The translations under genes and the position numbers were made by a program. The notes beneath the pieces are model-generated. The model saw only the letters and a list, made by a program, of their open reading frames with translations, did not search any database and was not told the DNA's origin. A stretch of 62,979 nt of DNA, the filler included, from Basidiobolus ranarum (Eukaryota), in assembly GCA_040143965.1 (NCBI GenBank). It is 6 parts of 6 records of this genome, joined end to end, with 100 filler letters (N's around TTAATTAATTAA, not from the genome) between each part and the next. Parts side by side here need not be neighbours in the genome. Positions count along the whole stretch, not along the records: positions 10,552 to 20,976 come from JASJQH010000706.1; positions 21,077 to 31,489 come from JASJQH010000707.1; 4 more parts are not named here. One strand, written 5' to 3'. Below are positions 13,385-25,588 of the stretch, piece by piece. Numbering within the stretch: the first letter of the stretch is position 1; the number at the start of each line of letters is the position of its first letter.

Positions 13385-16300
13385 TGACAATAGTGTTTAA
13401 GGGATTTGGAAGTGTTTTGGACAAAATCAGGATTTTTGCATTACACACTTAAGTTTTATTGAATTGAATATGTCCTATTTATAGTTAACTATCAAATAAA
13501 ACAATTGGTCATGCTTGCATCATAACAAACATGCCTGTAAAGCAAGGGTGAAGATTTGAGGTAATATGGAGAAGTCTTGAGAAAGTAGTGAGAATTGATA
13601 AAAGTATCCTAATTGATATATCTATTGAAATATCTATCAATTAGAGCAATAAACACATTTTTGAATGGCAGAATTAAGCGCTAATTGATCAGATAATGAA
13701 CAAACAAAGTACTAAATAACCAGAAGCTATTTATCTAATCTCAAAATTCCCATTCAACTAATTACTTTGTATTACTCTTGAACCCAACTTGCATCTCAAT
13801 AGTTCAAATTGTGTTTTAGCTAAAAGTTTGGTTAAGATGTCAGCATTTATTTCTTCAATAAGGCAATAGACAAGCTCAATGATATCATACTGTATTACTT
13901 CTCTAACAAATTAACTCCTAATATCTATATATTTTGTTCTAATACATAATGTAAGGTTTTTATCTGATGAAATACAACTTTGATTATCTTCAAATACAAT
14001 AAAACACATTCTTACTGGTAGTCTAGGTCTGTAAGTTACTTCTAACCCACATAGTTTCTTGTGTTGTGCAGAGGCAGCTGTATACTCTGCTGCTGTAATG
14101 GAAAATGCTATTGTAGGTTGCTTCTTACTCTTCCAAGTGATGGCTCCATTACCATGGGGAAAAGTGTACCCAGTAGTTGATCTTCTATCATCAAGGTCTC
14201 TTCCCCAGTCTGCATCACTCTAGCCTTCAAATTTTGTGCATCAGGAGAGCTAAAGTATTTTAGAACTAGATCTACATTTTCTTTCAAATACCAGTGTATT
14301 TATTTAACTGCAGTTTGTGCTCAGACCCTGGGTTTTTGAGATATTGGCTGACAGTTCTCATTGACACAGCAACATCTGGATGTGTTCCAACCACTGTATA
14401 CATTGAACTATCCATCTTGAATGGAGAAGGTAACTCTTGGCTTTGATTTAAGTAATGTTTGTGTAAATTAGAAGATATTTTGATTGATTTCACATTGTTA
14501 TCCATTGGTGTTAATATAGGCTTGCTATTCTGCAAGTTGAAACACTTTAGGACAGCTATGATGTATCTGGACTGATTCAGCACAATTTACCATTTGGGTA
14601 TATCTCTCTTGATTTGAATTCCAAGGAAATAACTTAATCCACCCATATCATTCATGTAAAATTGTTTGATAAGCTTTTGCCTATTTAAGTTCTTCAAGAT
14701 CATTTGTCACCCTGATCAAGTCATCCACATATATTTCCAAGATAACAAACCTATTTCCTCCTTCTTTAATGTAATTGCTGTGATCTGCTGTGCTTTGTTG
14801 GAATTCCAGTGATTCCATATAAGCATCTGTCTTGTTGTACCTTGCCCAGGGTGCTTGCTTGAGTCCATGTAGCAATTTATACAGCTTACAGACTATTTCA
14901 GGGTGTTTGGGTCAGCAAATTTCTCTCTTTGCTCCATGTAGATCTTTTCTTCTAGATTTCCATTCAGAAAGGTTGTTTTTACATTAATTTGATGTAAGTC
15001 AAGGTTTGGATGGCTGAGAGTGCCAGGACTGATATACAGAAGCAAAAGTTTCATTATCATCAACTTATAGATGCTGGTAAAAGCCTTCGGCAAATAATCT
15101 TCTTTGTACCTTTCTATGTCTCCATCAGCTTGGTTTCTTAACTTTGTAAACCCATTTACAACCTACTGACTTTCTGATGGTAAAAGACTCAAAAATCACT
15201 TTTTATTGTAGTTAAATAAAGAAAACTCCTCAGACTTTGCTTTTTCCCATAATTTTGATTCTGGTTAGTCTAGAGCTAGATCTTGAGTCTGTGACTTGTC
15301 ATGGCATGCTGCATAGGCATAGACATCTTCATTGAAAGTGTTCCACCAGTTCCCTTGCTTATTTATTCTCCTGGATGATCTTCTAGGTCCTAAATCATCT
15401 TCTTTTGCAATTAGTGCTGAAATTCTGGTTAAATTTTACTTAGACACAGCTGAAATTCTGTCCAACACATGCTGAATAGTGCTGATTGTATTTTCTGGAT
15501 CAAAAACTGTGATTGAAGGTGAAGGATGCTTGTTCATCAAAAATCGCATCTCTGCACAGAATCAACTTCCAATTTTTGGTGTCAAACAGTCTACAGGCTT
15601 TAGATCTGTCACAGTAACCAACAATTAATCATTTTGAGCTTTTGGGTTCCAATTCAGAGTGTTTTTGTACTGATATTTGGCTATATGCTGCACAACCAAA
15701 GTTCCTGAAATAATCCACACTTTGTTTTCATCCATATGGGGCTTAAAATGGTGTAAATATTTTTAGTAATATGGATGGGCATCTGCATTTGATATTGACT
15801 GCTATGGAGGCAGATTCAGGCCAATATTGGTCATCTAACTTTTTATCATAAAACATTGAACTTGCCATCTCAGCTATTTTCCTATTCACAGGTTGTGCAA
15901 CTTCATTTTGCTGTTGAGTGTATTGTACAGTAGTTTGTTGCTTAATTCCATGTATAGAACAAAAACCAGCAAAGTCTTCAGTGCAGTACTCTCCACCATT
16001 ATGACTCCTTATAAATCATATTTTTTGTGCTGATTCTTTATCTACCATTACTTTGTAGTGTTGAATGTAGTTAAAGCTTCAGATTTTGATTTGAGACAGA
16101 ATACCTAAGCCTATCTTGTTTTGTGCTCACTAAAGGTTGTCAAGTACCTTTTGCCACTTAGGGAGACACTTTGCATAGGCACACATACACCATAATGAAT
16201 CAAGGCAAGATTCTGAGTGGATATGATTTCCCTAGAGCTGTAAAATGGCTGTCTGTAATGGAATCCATATAGTCAATCTTCACACATTTCTAATTTGGTG

Positions 16301-17989
16301 ATATTTCCTATTCCTAAACCTGATATAAGTGGATTTCAGATTATTTGGTTGGTTTTTGCTCCCCAATGCGGCCTAATCTTCTATGCCATGTTTTGCAGCT
16401 TATTTCACTGGTTTTGGCCTAATTGCATACTCAAAATGCAATTTGTTTCTTTCCAGCTTGTATTGTTTTGAGTTTTGATACCAGTAGCAATATTGATAAT
16501 ATTCAGATCTGTCATAATGCATGCAGCTTAGCAAAACACAAATTAGTTCTTGAACTGTTGCTTGTCTTTCCGAGAACATATTCTCAGCTATATTTGGTAC
16601 ATAGAGTACATCATCCAATTTTGCAGATGGTGTAGCTGGTGTAAAAAGAGCACAAGTGTGCCCTTACCAATTGCATCCAGTGCAAAGTTGTCACTAAAGT
16701 AGGCTTTCCATGTTTGTATGAGTTTTAAGTTGGAATACCAATCTTTCTGATGTGGCATATGCTGGGAAGCTCCTGCATCAATACACTGTGTTTCTGAGTC
16801 TTACTTCATTGAGCAGTGCCCAATAGAGGAGAGCTGATTGGGCCATAGTTTATATCAAATTTATAAGGTTGGCCATAAAATATTCAACAGAACTGTGGGT
16901 AATTTTTGTCTAAAATAAAGCCTAATAGCCTGACTTTTAGACTCATATAGTACCTCAAGTGTTTCCCAAGCAGTTTGAACATATTTGCTGAGTCTATATA
17001 ACTTGATTGAGAGTCTCTGAGATGTAAGCAAAGTGTGGAGAGTGCTTTCCACTGCTTCTTATGAAATGCAAGGGTAACTTCTGGTGATCATTCTTGCTTT
17101 GTTTCTCCTCCTGTAACAAATCCACTGGGGTCCTTGTCTTCCAGCAACATTTAGATCTTGAACTTCCAAAGGTGAAAGTCTTCACCATCAAACTTCACTG
17201 CAGATGCAAAAATGTATGCATTAGTACTGGTAGACATCCCTTCAACAGCTATATTGGGGTTCATAACCAGATAAAGGTGCTAAGTAGAGTTGGAAATGTC
17301 TGGGACAAGTTTTGGATTTTTGTATCAGACACTTAAGTTTTGTTTAAGATTAGGTCCAATATAGAATTTGCTATGAAATAGAACTATTGGCCAGGCTTAG
17401 ATCATAACAAACATCCTGTTAAGTATGCATGAAAATTTGAGATGATTTGGAGAAGATTTGAGAAAATAGTGAAAATTGGTCAAAATGTCATAATTGATGT
17501 TTCCATCAATTAAAGCAATAAACACACAATTGTAAATGATAGGATTGAGTACTTAATATTCTGAATATGAATAAACTAACTACTAAACAATGAGTAGTTA
17601 TTTACCTAATTTCAACATTCCCACATAACTAATTACATTGTTTTTCTCTAATATCTAACTTATATGTTAATAATTCAAATTGTGCTTTAGCTAAAGGTTT
17701 AGTTAAGATGTAAGCGATTATTTCTTCAGTAGGGCAATAGACTGGCTTAACCATTCCTCTTAAATACCTAGATCATAACAGACATGCCTGTAAAGCATGG
17801 GTAAGAATTGGAGGTGATAAGGAGATGTTTTGGGAAAATGGTAAAAATTGGTATATGTGAATCTAATTGATGTTTCTATCAATTAGAGCAATGGGCACAT
17901 GTTTTTGCAAGGCAGAATTAAGTGCTAAATATTCAAAACATGAATAAAGTAATTTCAAAGTAATAGGCTTTTATTTACATTATTTGACA
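13385..17989 (-). mobile_element. degenerate full-length Ty1/Copia element inside a three-LTR tandem unit
   Basis: LTRs at 13385-13746, 17269-17617 and partial ~17769-17989. PBS GGTTATGAACCCC at 17256-17268. gag FDGEDFHLWKFKI*MLLEDKD, protease IDAGASQHM, integrase SHNGGEY, RT (TFLNGNLEEKIYMEQ, LKQAP, IYVDDL) and RNase H in Copia order, with many stops and frameshifts. CTGCA TSD at 13380-13384 and 17990-17994. Confidence 0.92.
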
Positions 17990-19700
17990 CTGCAAGGGAT
18001 TTGAAAATCAACATATAGAGTGTGTTGCTGCATCTGGAGTAGAAACTCTAGTAGTTGGAGTAGGTGATGGGTAGATTTCTGCACCCAAGTCAATCATGAT
18101 TCTGGCAGTAGTTCCCTTTATAACTATGCCAAGATGTATTAGTATTCCTGCATTCTTGTTTGCTAGCAAAGATATTGAGCAGTCTATTACAAAGAGGCCA
18201 CGGCTTGTTCTTCTTGATTGTTTTCTGCCTCTGCCAGAGTCTCCACAAAGTTAGAGCTTTTCTTACTCTCCTTTGCTCTCTGTCTGGACAATATCAAGCA
18301 CAAGGTCCCTTCTTATGGCATATGAGGCACCATTGTCTTTGCTAACATTCTGCAGTTGTCAGTTCTCTGTTAACAGATTGAAACTCCATGGGAGTTTCTT
18401 TCTTTGGTCTTCTTGGGTTATTTTAGTGTTGTCTGTACTCCATGATATATGGTCTTCCCTCCTCATACATGGCAGTATCATTGGCAATTGCAATCTTGAT
18501 GGCCTGTTCAAAGGTATATGGGGCTTGGCTGTTTGCTTCAATCTTGGATCTCCCTCTCAATCCTTTGACAATGTGTAGCACTTGGTCTAGCTGATGCATA
18601 TTGCTGATCTGGCCCAGTAAGCTGCTGAACTGGTGGATATAATCCTGTACAGTTTTTACTTGCTGGCTCAAAAGCTGCAGAAGTTAGAACTGCTGGGTAA
18701 TGATCTGTTCTACAGCAGATCTCAGACATGGCAAAGGTTATTCTTTGGGCAGAGGACAGGGTGCTGCTGCTACAAATGATAAAGCTCTTAAGCAGCTAAG
18801 AATTTTAGGAGGGTTAGTGTGAGCTAGTATTGTCTTCATCAAAACTGAACAGGAGTTTACAATTGGAGCTATTCCTGTATTTATCTTTTAACCAAGATAT
18901 CAGATGAGTGATGACTCATCCACCAATTACCAATCTAGTTACTATATCAGGTTTAAACTACATCATACTGGGAAGGCACAATTTTTGGCCAAAGCATCCT
19001 GGGGGAGCACAGCAATCAGTTGATATATGTTGGGATGGCATAGTCATGTTGATCATATGCTCTATTACAAGGGAGGTGATCTGATCATATGATCTTCTTT
19101 GGATTATGTTCATCAGACTATCTTGTGACTTACTATGACCAACTACTAGAATACCATATCACTGCTGACTAATAATGATTGATATGTAGATAATTGGCAA
19201 CTGAAGCTACAGAAAATTCTGATCTGGGCACAATATAGATATACTGATGATTCTGAATGTTGCAAAATGTCATCAAAACAAAAGCTGCTATAGTTAGCAA
19301 ATTGTAACAATGCTAATTTAGCTGGAGTTTTGAAGAGAAAATATCTACTTTTAAACATGCTCTCCATATTCTAGATATTGCTAAATATTTAATTTATATA
19401 TGCAAGGCCATCTCAGAAGGGAATATACCTGAGGAATGTATTCTCTATACAAGATGAGCAAAATGGTATGAACCTCAGGTTTAGCAGAAGCCATCAGCTT
19501 ACAAGAGCACATGCTTGGCAGGAAAGCTATATTCATAGAGGATGATTGCTGATTGGATCTCATGCAACAGCTCTATATGAATTCTGATAGCCAAGTCAAT
19601 TTTTCAACTCCCAAAGTATACAGAGAATGATTATCACCCATGTAATCTTTCTTGACTGGTTTAGACTAATAGCTACTGAACCAATCTCTATGGTGAGTAA

Positions 19701-20137
19701 TGTCATGATTCTGATCTTGACATACTGATCCACTGCAAATAGAACTCTTCTATTATTAGATTACAACATCATATCTGCTGTGCCATCCCTTCTTGGCAAT
19801 CTTGTGTTAGTTCATCCAGATTACCTGACATGGAAGTCATATTCTTTGGAACATTCAAATGAAAAGTAACCAACCATGTCATCCCACACATAGTGGATTT
19901 CTGCCAAGACCTTCCATGGAGGCTCACCTGATCATCTTTACATCATCCTTACATCATCCCTCTTTGTATTGGTCCTTGTAGTCCCTAACACCCCAACACT
20001 TGAACTTGCCACAGTATATTCCCTATTCAGTATATTATGTTTCACCTTGCAATATATATATAAGCTCCATGTTTTCCTTGATCAGACCTCAGTCAGATAC
20101 TAACTTCTATGTATATTCCACTTATGGTGATATCACA
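19701..20137 (+). repeat. possible solo LTR of another family
   Basis: TGTCATG..ATCACA termini and an internal TATATATATAAG. No TSD and no second copy seen. Confidence 0.3.
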
Positions 20138-20658
20138 GTTCAATGTGGAATAATCAAATATTAAGCTATATGTGATATAGGTGCATATGCTATGCCAATA
20201 TTAACAATTTCAATTTACTGATTTCTTGAGCTTGAGCTGATATTTATACTTTCATGAAGAAGCAGAAAAGCTAATGTGTAGAGGATGAGATATTCAGATA
20301 AATAGATCACTTGTGAATGCATTCCTCTATCCAGAAAGCTGAGATAAAACTTATCTCTGTTGAAGTGTTATGGGAGTAATTGAAAGTGATTTGGAAAACT
20401 AGATGAAATGGTGATATTACTCACTGGTTTTTTAAGTGCAGGTTCCCATATAACCTTTGTGAAGAAGTAGATAGACTAACCTATAGAATACAACATGTGA
20501 GGTCTTTTGAACAAGCTTGAGAAAAGAATATAATCTTCAAACTCCTAGGTTGGTCACAATATTTTCAGTAAATACCTGATTTAGTTATTAATGGATAGCA
20601 TGGTAAACTTAGGTAACTAGCTATATGACTATGTTGATGTGTAAGACATGTCATTCTC

Positions 20659-20950
20659 TGTGGAAATTAGCATTGCCTAAACATCTATATAGTCATATAT
20701 AGCTTAGGATTTAGTTATCTTATATTGAACCATGATATTGTTGAAATTAGCATTGCCAAAACACCTATATAGTGATATATAGCTTAGTACTTAGTTATCT
20801 TATAATTCACTATGATATTATCAATTATTCTCAATTGGAATTTACTTAGAATATTTTTACCAACATAGAAGTTCTCAGATATATAGATTTTTCAAACTTG
20901 TGCTAGAAGCCCCAAACTTTTCACACATGTTCCTGGGACCTTCCTTAACA
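20659..20950 (+). repeat. LTR-like dispersed repeat with a tandemly duplicated 5' end (80-bp unit); second copy at 31338-31489
   Basis: TGTTGAAATTAGCATTGCC..TAACA. 20659-20738 repeats the start of 20739 onward. Near-identical to the end of contig 3. Confidence 0.8.
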
Positions 20951-20976
20951 TATTCTACACGTTAGTTTGTTTACAT

Positions 20977-21076
20977 NNNNNNNNNNNNNNNNNNNNNNNN
21001 NNNNNNNNNNNNNNNNNNNNTTAATTAATTAANNNNNNNNNNNNNNNNNNNNNNNNNNNNNNNNNNNNNNNNNNNN
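20977..21076. other. artificial contig linker
   Basis: 44N-TTAATTAATTAA-44N. Confidence 0.98.
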
Positions 21077-21140
21077 GCGAGCCAGGTGATCGTAATCCCG
21101 CTTGCGTGATGGTTTTATTAATTTCATGAATAAATTCCAG

Positions 21141-21555
21141 CATTTCCCCTCGACGCAAGTCCCAATTTGGCATCCCTAACTGGGCGGATGCAATATTTGT
21201 GCACGCTCCATTCTCAATCTATCACGCTTGGATAGTTGTCGTTGCAGTTGTTAGCTTCTTTGCTGCTTTCACGCATACTCACATCGACGGACCCAATACC
21301 CTACAAACCATTTCGGTTATCATTGGATTAGTGTTCTTGGGATCTACTGGTATTGGATACACTGAATATAAGAAGGGAGACCTTGTTGGAGCTTTTGTCA
21401 TCGCGTGGTCCCTGTTGGCAATCTTTGTCCAACAAAGAGAACCAGCCATACACTGGACTGCCCTTGGATTGTCAATTGCTGTACTCATTTATAGTGTCAA
21501 GCCTTTTGTATCTAGAAGTGCAGCTGAAGCTGAACAAGCCCCATTGTTAGGTTAA
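21141..21555 (+). CDS. 3' exon of a conserved fungal multi-pass membrane protein (DUF1774/TspO-like), 5' part off contig
   Basis: IFVHAPFSIYHAW, GDLVGAFVIAWSLLAIFVQQ, about four TM helices and the C-terminal EQAPLL motif. Candidate acceptor TTCCAG at 21135-21140. Confidence 0.7.
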
Positions 21556-23412
21556 AGGTGTAGATAGTATCATACCTGCGGTTAGGTTTTCAAATTCATC
21601 CAGATTTATGTGCTGAAGAACGAGGCTAAATATATATCAGCTTTGTAAAAATCCATATACCGTTGAATGTAAGCACTATTACTACTCCTAGTTAACCCTT
21701 CTCTATCTTTTCACTGAGTCTTGTCTATCTCTATGCAATTACCAATCATTTCTTGAATCTGTTAGGCCAATCCATTGCTGAATATTAAAGGTATATTCGA
21801 TGTAGACTAAATGACATATTTGTTAAAGTATATACATAAAGTAAGTAGTCCGACAATATTCCTGTTCATTATGGCATAGCATTGGTAGCACTTTGGCAAA
21901 TATTTTAAACATCTGCTTCATTTCCTTTGAATATATCATGCACCAGCTGATCACAGTGATATCTCACATTACGTCAAGGATCTACAACTAGATTCATTGC
22001 TTGTGCTTATTGATATGATGGGAAGTCTTGCAAATGCTAGATGTGTCTTGTACAGTTTCTAAGAGAATCCTAGTATATCACTAACTGAAAGCTACCTATT
22101 AAATGAATTTCCGAATATACTCCCATCGTCATCGCCGCGATGCTTTGCCTGCATATATAAATGAACTCTACTCTATAGATGAATCATATATCCATCGAGC
22201 AACTGTATTATATGAAATATGCACATATCTATGGAGAATCTCCGATTCGTTAAAATCTTGTTTCTACTTTAAATGATTACCCACACTTAACTAGGGAAAT
22301 TGGATGTTGAGTGGAGGGAGAGTTCAAATCAGTGTAATGATTATTCTTCAATTCAACCGATATCTGAATCCGATTTCTCCGCCACTCATTGGATGAACAT
22401 TGGTATTCTATTTTTAGGAATAGAGTTGGAGTAAATGCTCTAGAGATGTAATCATTGAAGGTGGGAATGGATTATTTCTGACAATATCGACATATCAACT
22501 CTGTTGAATTTCATACGAGAAGAACCGTGTGAAGGAATCCTATGAACTCAATTTGTTGTTGAAGAATATCTTGAATTATAGCAAAGCAATGTGTCCATTC
22601 TGAATATTGCTATACACCCCAAAAGAACAGTTGAGAGATGCAGGAAAAATGAGGGTCATCATATGGATGGAGTGAACAATAGAATATCATTTCTCAATAT
22701 ATCCACCACTATCAAGACGACTTCTAGCACAGTCAAATGTGAGTCCTTAACAACAAGCGTAAACATGGCCCAACAACCTCATGAATGTTTTATAGCCTCA
22801 AAATAGGACGATGTGAGAACCGGTAAAGGCACTGAAAGTCAATTGATTAGCCACCTTCAGCCTGGAGAACTCCAGCATAATAGCGTTGAGGGTATGAAAA
22901 GTGCGTACAGTGAATTTGAAGATCGAGCGTGTGTTGCTTGAACATGACTTCTTCACTAACACACATCAGAATGTTTTTCAACCTCTCACCTGACTTCACC
23001 TATTGGCGTTTAGTCAAAATGATAGGAGCGAGCTAAAGGATAAGCTTTTTCAATATAATTCACGAAGTACTTTGATTACTGTAAAAAGCATGCAAGGAAT
23101 TTAATGAATAGATAAGATTTATGTAACTCAAACTACCCAAGAGAATATATCCAACATATCAATAACTAACCAAAATTTATGATTAGAAATCGATTAAAAG
23201 AATCGCGAAATGAAAGATAAATTCGCATGATCCATTCCGAGAACTAACCGAACGCCACCAATATGATTACATAGAATGACTCTTACATTTTGGTGAACCT
23301 CGAATCATGATTGAAAGTATTAAAGTGTACTGAGAGTTTTCACTCAAAGTCCCACCTTCTACTGGCGTAGCCATTAGTTTATTTACCTCAAGAAAAAGCC
23401 TTTACTTAGTAT

Positions 23413-24698
23413 ATGTCCACTCTACCAAAACTACGTAAACTCATTGCAGTAGCTCAGTTTTGCGCTACTTCTCAAGTAGAAAATAATCTGACTACTTGTA
23501 TCAACCTAATACATGAAGCCAAGGAACGTGGAGTTAAGGTAAGTCACTTTTCTTCTTACAGAACTGCAACCATAAAAGTCTCAAACATACCTTGTTTATT
23601 TCAAACTGAGTAGATGGTATTCTTTCCTGAAGCCTCCGACTTCATTGCGCCTTCCAAAGATGCAGCTTTTGAGTTGACCAAGAATTGGGAGAACTCCTTC
23701 CTAAACGGTATCAAGAAAGCTGCCACTGAACACAATATGTGGGTTTCCATTGGAGTTCACCAAAAGGTGAGAGTTTCTCTTAGTTAAGAGATATTTGCAA
23801 AATCAAGGGATAAGAACTCTTTTCTTTGCAAAACAATAACACCGATTTTAACTGAATCATAAGACCTCGGAAGAACGTAAATTATACAACTCTAACATCG
23901 TCATATCTGATACTGGAAGTGTGGTGGAAACCTATCATAAGATTCATTTGTTTGATGTGGTAATTCTTTCGATAACGATACTCAATTCCATTGGGTGTTT
24001 GGTATTCTAGACTGTAGTAACCAACATCTCGCACATTTCCGTAGGATATAAAGAATGGCCCAAGATTACTAGAAAGTGAAAATACTCTGGCTGGTAACCG
24101 AGTGGTAGATCCAGTTGAGACCCCAGTAGGGAAAGTTGGTCTTGCCATCGTAAGTTTCAACCCATTGTACGGTATATTTATATAGCAGACTAAATAGTCA
24201 TCAAGTGTTACGATCTGAGATTCCCTGAGCTCAGCCAAAGCTTACGTAAGAAAGGTGCCGAGATCATCACATACCCATCCGCCTTTACAGTCAAGACTGG
24301 ACAAGCTCATTGGGGTAATTCATTGGTTTTAGTTGGGATTTTGGTAAAGTAGATAGAGATTTATTGACCTGTCAAGACAGAAATATTGCTTAGATCTCGA
24401 GCCATCGAAACCCAAACTTATATAGTAGCTGCTGCCCAAATAGGAAGTCATAATGAAAAACGCGAAAGCTATGGACATGCAATGGTAAAGGTCTTCCTTG
24501 TGTATGCTTGATTTATTTTCGCCAACTCACTCTCCTATTCTTCTACAGATCGTTGATCCTTGGGGTACAATTCTAGCTCGCTGTCCTGAGGTAAATGAGC
24601 CTTCATTAGCTGTGGCTGAAATCAATCCTGACTGGATACGAAAGGTCCGACTTGGAATGCCCGTCTTGAACCATCGACGCGAAAATCTTTTTGGTTGA
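23413..24698 (+). CDS. NIT1: Nit1-type carbon-nitrogen hydrolase (deaminated glutathione amidase), 7 exons
   Basis: Spliced motifs AVAQF | FFPEASDFI | YHKIHLFDV | GKVGLAI | [22 protein letters not shown] | [18 protein letters not shown] | IVDPWG. E-K-C catalytic triad and six GT-AG introns. Confidence 0.93.
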
Positions 24699-25000
24699 TT
24701 TTTCCTAATGATTGTCATGATTCACTCGATATTTGAACGTCTTCAAATCAATAAAGAAAGTGGATCAATGGGAATCCCCGTTAGCATTATAGTCAAGGTA
24801 ATGCCTATTCCTTAGTAAGAAGTCTGAGAACCTCAACAATTCAATGGTCAGAATAAGAAAAGTTAAAAATGAAATGAAACATATCATATAAATTGAACCA
24901 ATATATATGTGAAATTGACATTCCAAACAAAACTATTGTAACAACATCGATATGTCGCATATGTCGCATATAATGCTACGCACAACATCCTTCGCCATGG

Positions 25001-25264
25001 TTATTGTGTGGCTTGAAATTCTGCTTCTGCTCTGCTCAGCCATTCGCAGATACATCTTTCTTTATTATGGTGATAATACATGTATCCAGTAATAATTTGG
25101 TTACAATCAAACTTCAATCTTTGCGTGCAGGACCGCCAACCCTGATGAGTCAAGCAAAAAGAGTATATATCCTTGGGTATTTTTTGTGACTTACTAGTGT
25201 TGACTGATGTGCACTTTTGAGCCAACAATGGATGCAAGATAGATAGGGCAAGTAACAAAGACAA
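25001..25264 (-). CDS. candidate small secreted cysteine-rich peptide (start exon unresolved)
   Basis: Signal-peptide-like LSLLLALSILHPLLA followed by six Cys ending in CxC. No in-frame ATG, so an upstream exon is required. Confidence 0.35.
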   Translation of the reverse strand: MSLLLALSILHPLLAQKCTSVNTSKSQKIPKDIYSFCLTHQGWRSCTQRLKFDCNQIITGYMYYHHNKERCICEWLSRAEAEFQATQ

Positions 25265-25588
25265 GAGATAGTATCTTTAAGAGGAAAATGTACATGTCTT
25301 GGTTTAAAGCCCATCCGTATAACGGATAAAAATACGAAGATCAGCTACGAACGAGGCATTTTCCTAAAAATCAGCATGCAACTTTTTGTATTTCATAGAC
25401 AGCGTGTAGTCTAGTATCAGAAACTGGATTCTTGGGGATTTTTAATGAAGCGTTATTGTGATAGAATAACAACGATCAATTCGATAGATAACATTCTATG
25501 CTGGACAGTCTAAACAAACATTGAATCGAAAAAAACTTCTATGGACATGAGATCTTTCTATCTTGTGTATCTCTAGTAGAACTGGACA

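Larger units (their letters stand above)
11545..19264 (-). mobile_element. degenerate Ty3/Gypsy element, interrupted by Copia insertions and lacking most of the RT core
   Basis: Minus strand: gag-like (QVKTVQDYIHQF, ~18420-18700), decayed zinc knuckle CLICHKKGPCA*YC (~18285-18330), protease ARIMIDLGAE (~18075-18105), VLKEY*DIFPEEL (~13310-13360), RNase H ASDYATGGVFS (~13090-13125), integrase remnants 12400-12950. Degenerate direct repeats at ~11545-11672 and ~19123-19264 are consistent with LTR remnants. Confidence 0.7.

Noticed and set aside
24949-24971. ATATGTCGC tandem duplication
   Set aside because: Two-copy micro-duplication with no further structure.
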